Shown here: piece by piece, positions 24,340-27,791 of the stretch
How positions within the stretch are numbered: the stretch's first letter is position 1
How the letters are laid out: the number at the start of each line of letters is the position of its first letter
IMG/VR virus record: IMGVR_UViG_3300043425_000245
Length of the DNA: 27,791 bases
Strand: one strand, 5' to 3'
Source of the DNA: a virus
Lineage: Duplodnaviria > Heunggongvirae > Uroviricota > Caudoviricetes
Translations under genes and position numbers: made by a program
Notes under the pieces: generated by a model
Seen by the model: only the letters and a program-made list of their open reading frames with translations
Database searches by the model: none
What the model was told of the DNA's origin: nothing

Positions 24340-24885
24340 ATGAAAAAAGTGATTCTTGTTGCCGCAATGGCTGTTGTTCTTTCAGCTTGCTCTACCACTA
24401 AGTCTATTGACCTTGACACAGTATCCAAGGATGCAGTCAAGTACACCCAAGAGTTTGGTAAGGTTGAAGTCACATTCAACGATAAGGGTGAGTGGGAATC
24501 TCTGAAGTCCACTGGCACTTCGGCTATTCCTATGAGCGATAACGCTGCTCTTGAGCAAGCAATGAACGTTGCTACAATGCGTGCCAAGCGCAACATTGTA
24601 GAGTTTATCCAAACTGATCTGCAGTCGAGCAAGTCGCATGAAGCGATTACAACTGCTCTGGCAAAAGATGTAGCATCTGATGACGCCAAGTCGCGTGAAC
24701 GTGCTGGTAACATCGCTACAAAGATTCAGGAAAAGATTACAACCCAAGCCGATGGTTTGCTGAAGGGTGTTTATACCACCGATCGTAAAATCTCTGGTGA
24801 TAAGACCATGGCTGTTGTAACTGTTCAAGTGGATAAGCGTTCAATGCGTGCAGCCCAACAAGTTCGCACTGCCTTCGGTCAATGA
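24340..24885 (+). CDS. Lipoprotein, LPP20-like
   Basis: MKKVILVAAMAVVLSAC lipobox; A..A...AKRNIVEFI pattern. Confidence 0.8.
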   Translation: MKKVILVAAMAVVLSACSTTKSIDLDTVSKDAVKYTQEFGKVEVTFNDKGEWESLKSTGTSAIPMSDNAALEQAMNVATMRAKRNIVEFIQTDLQSSKSHEAITTALAKDVASDDAKSRERAGNIATKIQEKITTQADGLLKGVYTTDRKISGDKTMAVVTVQVDKRSMRAAQQVRTAFGQ

Positions 24886-25691
24886 GATACCTGTTGCTTC
24901 TTGCTGCCTTTGTAGCATTCAATGCTCAGGCAGAAGTTAAAACTGTTCAAGCCTCTGGCACTGGTGATACCTGTAATCAAGCATTGACTGCTGCAAAGCG
25001 TTCAGCCTTGGAAAAGGCAAACGGCTCTTTCCTCCACTCTGTGGAGAAGTCTAAGGATGGTTCGTACCATTCCAAGATTGAAGAGTATAGTGGTGGTGTA
25101 ATCAAATCGTTCAAGTATCTTCGTGATGATTGTACGTTTGTGATCATTGAAGCTCAAGTTGATGTGCGCTCGAACATCGTTCAGATCAACGGTACTGACT
25201 TGAATAAAGATCAGATCGTTCACATCAAAGGTATTAGAGAAGAACGCGATCGTAAACAATCCGCTGTTAACCTTTTGGATAATCGTCGTGACGCTGTCTA
25301 TTTTAGAACAGACAAAATCGAAGCAAACATCCAAGACAACTCTGAATGGGTTGACGTTGCTATCAACGGTGAGTTTGCTTTCAAGGATAAGTGGAAAGCT
25401 GACTGGAAAGATGTCCGTCAGATGTTTGGTTACTTTAACCTGCCATCGTTCGCTAATGATGCAGAAGTTCTCGTGACTGGATATGATGAAGATGGTAAGA
25501 AGGTGTTTGATCGTAAGATTCAACGCACTTTTACTGCTGGTGGGGAATGGAAGATGTGGTACATTACCAACTATGGTGTAAACCGTACAGTTGAAGTTCG
25601 TGTCCATCAAACTGATCCACTGAAGGTTAAGTTTCGTGTGCCTCTTGATCAGTTAGAAAAGGTCAAGACATTTAAGGTTGAAGTTGTATGA
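24882..25691 (+). CDS. Exported protein (FlgT-N/LPP20-like N-terminus)
   Basis: Signal peptide ending AQA; G.G...AL..AK..ALEKANG pattern. Confidence 0.75.
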   Translation: MRYLLLLAAFVAFNAQAEVKTVQASGTGDTCNQALTAAKRSALEKANGSFLHSVEKSKDGSYHSKIEEYSGGVIKSFKYLRDDCTFVIIEAQVDVRSNIVQINGTDLNKDQIVHIKGIREERDRKQSAVNLLDNRRDAVYFRTDKIEANIQDNSEWVDVAINGEFAFKDKWKADWKDVRQMFGYFNLPSFANDAEVLVTGYDEDGKKVFDRKIQRTFTAGGEWKMWYITNYGVNRTVEVRVHQTDPLKVKFRVPLDQLEKVKTFKVEVV

Positions 25692-26131
25692 AGAAAAAGT
25701 GGGTTGATGCGTTCATGGATACAGCCGAGCGATTTGCTCAGTTGTCCAGTGCAGTCCGTCTAAAGGTCGGCGCAGTTGTTGTGAAAGACAACCGCATCAT
25801 CTCTATCGGCTACAATGGTATGCCAGCTGGTTGGACTAATGAATGCGAATACGAAGTTGGGTTGAACCCACTCGGCACCGCTGTTGGTGAAAAAGTACTG
25901 AAAACGAAAGACGAGGTAATCCATGCAGAAGCTAATGCTATCGCCAAACTGGCTCGTGATGGCGAGTCCGGACTTGGTACTGATGTGTTCTGTACTCATG
26001 CTCCATGTATTCAGTGTGCTAAGATAATGTATGGTGCAGGTGTCAAGAAGGTTTATTATCGAAATACATATAGAGACACCAAAGGGTTGGACTTTCTAGA
26101 GAAGTGTAATATTGAAATCGAAAGGGTTTAA
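25688..26131 (+). CDS. cd: dCMP deaminase
   Basis: VGAVVV, IGYNG, HAEANA, PCIQC zinc motifs. Confidence 0.92.
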   Translation: MKKKWVDAFMDTAERFAQLSSAVRLKVGAVVVKDNRIISIGYNGMPAGWTNECEYEVGLNPLGTAVGEKVLKTKDEVIHAEANAIAKLARDGESGLGTDVFCTHAPCIQCAKIMYGAGVKKVYYRNTYRDTKGLDFLEKCNIEIERV

Positions 26132-26132
26132 A

Positions 26133-26582
26133 ATGTCAGTTACAATTAAAAATCTTGAGTCAGCCTTGGCTGGTGAGTCTATGGCTCATATCAAGTATCG
26201 CTATTTTGCAAAGATCGCACGTGAAGAAGGCTTTGAAGAAGTTGCTAAACACTTTGAGCATACCGCTGAACAAGAAGTTAAGCATGCTTGGGGTCACCTA
26301 GAACTTTTGATTGGTCGCCCAAATACACGCGAGTGTTTGGAGAAAGCTATTGAAGGTGAGACATATGAGTTTACAACCATGTATCCAACCTTTGAAGCAA
26401 TCGCTGCTCAGGAAAATCATGCAGTCGCTCGTGGTGAATTCCTAGAGCAGATTGATGAATCTAAAGAACATGCTGCACAATTCGCAGCTGTATTGAAGAA
26501 AGCCGAAGCACGTTTCAAGGCACTCAAGGGTGTTGAAGAACGTCATGCTAATGCGTACAAAGAAGTCTTGAAAGGATTGTAA
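26133..26582 (+). CDS. Rubrerythrin-family di-iron protein without fused rubredoxin domain
   Basis: NL..A.AGES.A..KY..FA..A..EG, EVKHA, GETYE, ESKEH. Confidence 0.9.
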   Translation: MSVTIKNLESALAGESMAHIKYRYFAKIAREEGFEEVAKHFEHTAEQEVKHAWGHLELLIGRPNTRECLEKAIEGETYEFTTMYPTFEAIAAQENHAVARGEFLEQIDESKEHAAQFAAVLKKAEARFKALKGVEERHANAYKEVLKGL

Positions 26583-26583
26583 A

Positions 26584-26727
26584 ATGTCAGATCAAAAAGA
26601 AGTTATCTACGTTTGTGTTGTCTGTGGTCACACATTGAGCGAAGCCGATTGGTTGAGCCTTCCTGACACTGTAAACTGCCCAGAGTGTGGTGTACACAAA
26701 GACGACTACGTCCGTACAGAGTTGTAA
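26584..26727 (+). CDS. Rubredoxin (47 aa), not in the ORF track
   Basis: YVCVVCGH...W..LPD...CPECGV.K..Y. Confidence 0.85.
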   Translation: MSDQKEVIYVCVVCGHTLSEADWLSLPDTVNCPECGVHKDDYVRTEL

Positions 26728-26756
26728 AAATATTTGATCAAAAAGTCAAAAAAGAC

Positions 26757-26785
26757 TTGACTTTTAATCAAACCTGTGGTATAAT
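26757..26785 (+). promoter_or_regulatory. Sigma70-type promoter
   Basis: TTGACT-17-TATAAT with TGTGG immediately before the -10. Confidence 0.8.
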
Positions 26786-26788
26786 TCT

Positions 26789-26796
26789 TATAAATA
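26789..26796 (+). promoter_or_regulatory. T4 late promoter consensus TATAAATA
   Basis: Exact match, intergenic. Confidence 0.6.
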
Positions 26797-26797
26797 G

Positions 26798-26827
26798 TTC
26801 TACTGGAGTTGAAAGACTCTGGTAGAA
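26798..26827 (+). other. 12-bp RNA hairpin without U-tract
   Basis: TTCTACTGGAGT-TGAAAG-ACTCTGGTAGAA (two G-U pairs). Confidence 0.65.
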
Positions 26828-26842
26828 AATTCTAAAAATCGC

Positions 26843-26871
26843 TTTACTTTAATTAGGAAATAGGGTATAAT
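26843..26871 (+). promoter_or_regulatory. Sigma70-type promoter with predicted leaderless start at the leader ORF
   Basis: TTTACT-TTAATTAGGAAATAGGG-TATAAT; ATG at the predicted +1 (26878). Confidence 0.85.
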
Positions 26872-26877
26872 TCTTCT

Positions 26878-27018
26878 ATGAACTCGAAATTGTTAAATTC
26901 CAGAATGCATAAACAGCTTCCGCAAGTAGCTGCATGGAATTGCACACGCCCAGAGTTTACAGAAGGCTCAGGATATGCGATTGAAAGCGATACTGGGGGT
27001 TTTGGTAAGTTGATGTAA
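26878..27018 (+). CDS. Putative attenuator leader peptide (46 aa)
   Basis: MNSKLLNSRMHKQLPQVAAWNCTRPEFTEGSGYAIESDTGGFGKLM*; all 20 amino acids, 37 distinct codons. Confidence 0.72.
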   Translation: MNSKLLNSRMHKQLPQVAAWNCTRPEFTEGSGYAIESDTGGFGKLM

Positions 27019-27050
27019 CGATACGTCTAACTTCTATTTACCAAAACCCC
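26996..27050 (+). promoter_or_regulatory. Antiterminator hairpin
   Basis: GGGGTTTTGGTAA (26996-27008) is the exact reverse complement of TTACCAAAACCCC (27038-27050), which includes the terminator 5' arm. Confidence 0.78.
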
Positions 27051-27081
27051 GAAGATGAAAATCTCGGGGTTTTTTGTTTTT
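27043..27081 (+). terminator. Intrinsic terminator (attenuator)
   Basis: AAAACCCCGA(A)GAT-GAAA-ATCTCGGGGTTTTTTGTTTTT. Confidence 0.9.
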
Positions 27082-27097
27082 AGCGATCAAAAATCGC

Positions 27098-27126
27098 TTG
27101 ACTTAAATTAGGAACTGCGTTATAAT
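27098..27126 (+). promoter_or_regulatory. Sigma70-type promoter for the tRNA array
   Basis: TTGACT-17-TATAAT. Confidence 0.82.
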
Positions 27127-27137
27127 ACGTGTTCTGA

Positions 27138-27149
27138 TGTTCTTTAAAA
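27138..27149 (+). promoter_or_regulatory. boxA-like antitermination element
   Basis: TGTTCTTTAAAA resembles rrn boxA TGCTCTTTAACA; just downstream of the TSS, before the tRNAs. Confidence 0.6.
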
Positions 27150-27168
27150 ATTTGGGACTTTGTTTTAA

Positions 27169-27249
27169 AACGGCTTGGGTTTGAAAGTCGGGGTAAGTGA
27201 CTCGGTGTAAACTGATATCGACCTCCCTGTTAGTATTGCCTAAGTCGTT
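27169..27249 (+). ncRNA. Candidate structured RNA
   Basis: 11-bp closing stem (27169-27179/27239-27249); internal GTCG/CGAC; TCGGT-GTAA-ACTGA GNRA hairpin. Confidence 0.4.
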
Positions 27250-27253
27250 CTGT

Positions 27254-27327
27254 TCCTCCATGGTGTAACGGTAGCACAACGGGCTTTGAACTCGTTAGAA
27301 TTGGTTCGATTCCAATTGGGGGTGCCA
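27254..27327 (+). tRNA. tRNA-Gln (UUG)
   Basis: Cloverleaf; anticodon arm ACGGG-CTTTGAA-CTCGT; TTCGA T-loop; encoded CCA; U1:U72 mismatch. Confidence 0.9.
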
Positions 27328-27334
27328 AACAAAA

Positions 27335-27420
27335 GCACACTGCAGCTGAGGCTAGGCTGTTATGTGGAGCATAGCTGGATCAATAGTATCTGGTCATCGG
27401 TTCAATTCCGATAAGTGTGC
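27335..27420 (+). ncRNA. tRNA-like RNA (class II, Ser-GGA-like), atypical, no CCA
   Basis: GCACACT/AGTGTGC acceptor; D-like arm; GGA in the loop; long variable arm; ATCGG-TTCAATT-CCGAT T-arm. Confidence 0.55.
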
Positions 27421-27451
27421 TTTTGTTTGGTTCAATTAACAGGAGAAAGTA

Positions 27452-27598
27452 ATGAAACGAAAACAAATGGCTGCTCCTCGTGAACGTAATCAGTTCGTGG
27501 CTGCAGCCCTATTCCGAAAAGCGGGTGCCCACTGTAAATCCAACAAGGCAGTCCGTCGTAAACAAAAAATGGATGTCTTAAAAGGGTTTGTAGTTTAA
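27452..27598 (+). CDS. Small basic protein (48 aa) whose stop codon lies inside tRNA-Lys
   Basis: SD AGGAG 6 nt before ATG; MKRKQMAAPRERNQFVAAALFRKAGAHCKSNKAVRRKQKMDVLKGFVV*. Confidence 0.72.
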   Translation: MKRKQMAAPRERNQFVAAALFRKAGAHCKSNKAVRRKQKMDVLKGFVV

Positions 27599-27660
27599 CG
27601 GCAAAAACATCTGGCTTTTAACCAGTAAGACTCTCGGTTCGAATCCGAGCAGACCCACCA
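27584..27660 (+). tRNA. tRNA-Lys (UUU)
   Basis: GGGTTTG/CAGACCC acceptor; CTGG-CTTTTAA-CCAG; CTCGG-TTCGAAT-CCGAG; ACCA. Confidence 0.92.
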
Positions 27661-27672
27661 AGAATTCTTAGG

Positions 27673-27746
27673 GGTGGGCATAGTGTAGTGGTAGCACCCA
27701 ACTCTGTGAAAGTTGTAGTATGGGATCGTAACCCATTGTTCACCCC
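27673..27746 (+). tRNA. tRNA-His (GUG) with G-1:C73, atypical T-loop, no encoded CCA
   Basis: CAACT-CTGTGAA-AGTTG anticodon arm; T-loop ATCGTAA; 3' end reads CCT. Confidence 0.78.
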
Positions 27747-27759
27747 TAAGAATTTTTAT

Positions 27760-27791
27760 GCCGATGTAGCTCAGTTGGTAGAGCAGCGGAT
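27760..27791 (+). tRNA. 5' half of a tRNA truncated by the window end; isotype unknown
   Basis: GCCGATG-TA-GCTC-AGTTGGTA-GAGC D-arm. Confidence 0.75.

Noticed and set aside
17399-25999. Long minus-strand ORFs (e.g. 17399-17701, 18049-18429, 23487-23906, 24333-24828, 25002-25610)
   Set aside because: All lie antisense to well-supported plus-strand genes in operons with clear plus-strand promoters.
26948-26997. Classical 1:2 protector hairpin in the leader (CCCAG/CTGGG)
   Set aside because: Only 5 bp, too weak to claim; the model therefore predicts read-through when the leader is untranslated.

Overview
A 27.8-kb segment of a T4-like (myovirus-type) dsDNA phage genome. The host is Gram-negative, judged from spanins, lipoproteins and sigma70-type promoters. 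Left to right: conserved T4-like hypotheticals; a nested Rz/Rz1-type spanin pair; gp61 primase; ThyX; class Ia RNR (nrdA, nrdB); a GIY-YIG nuclease; an exported Cys-repeat protein cassette; a minus-strand lysis cassette with a GH19 endolysin; an HD hydrolase plus NadM-Nudix and NAMPT (NAD+ salvage, NARP2-like); MazG-like and PTP-like genes; a B12-dependent radical SAM enzyme; dsbA; RNase H; a lipoprotein trio; dCMP deaminase; rubrerythrin and rubredoxin; and the start of a tRNA array. Eleven sigma70-type promoters (TTGACT/TTTACT/TTGCTT-N17-TATAAT) and several T4 late-type promoters are visible. The most striking signal is at 26843-27660. A leaderless 46-codon ORF contains all 20 amino acids and 37 distinct codons, and its 3' end forms an antiterminator that excludes a downstream intrinsic terminator. 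This looks like a ribosome-sensing 'codon-sampler' attenuator ahead of the tRNA genes. Inside the array, a small basic ORF has its stop codon inside tRNA-Lys, so RNase P processing would make it a nonstop mRNA, as happens with ArfA. Family assignments come from motif recognition only, with no database search, and the regulatory models are inference.
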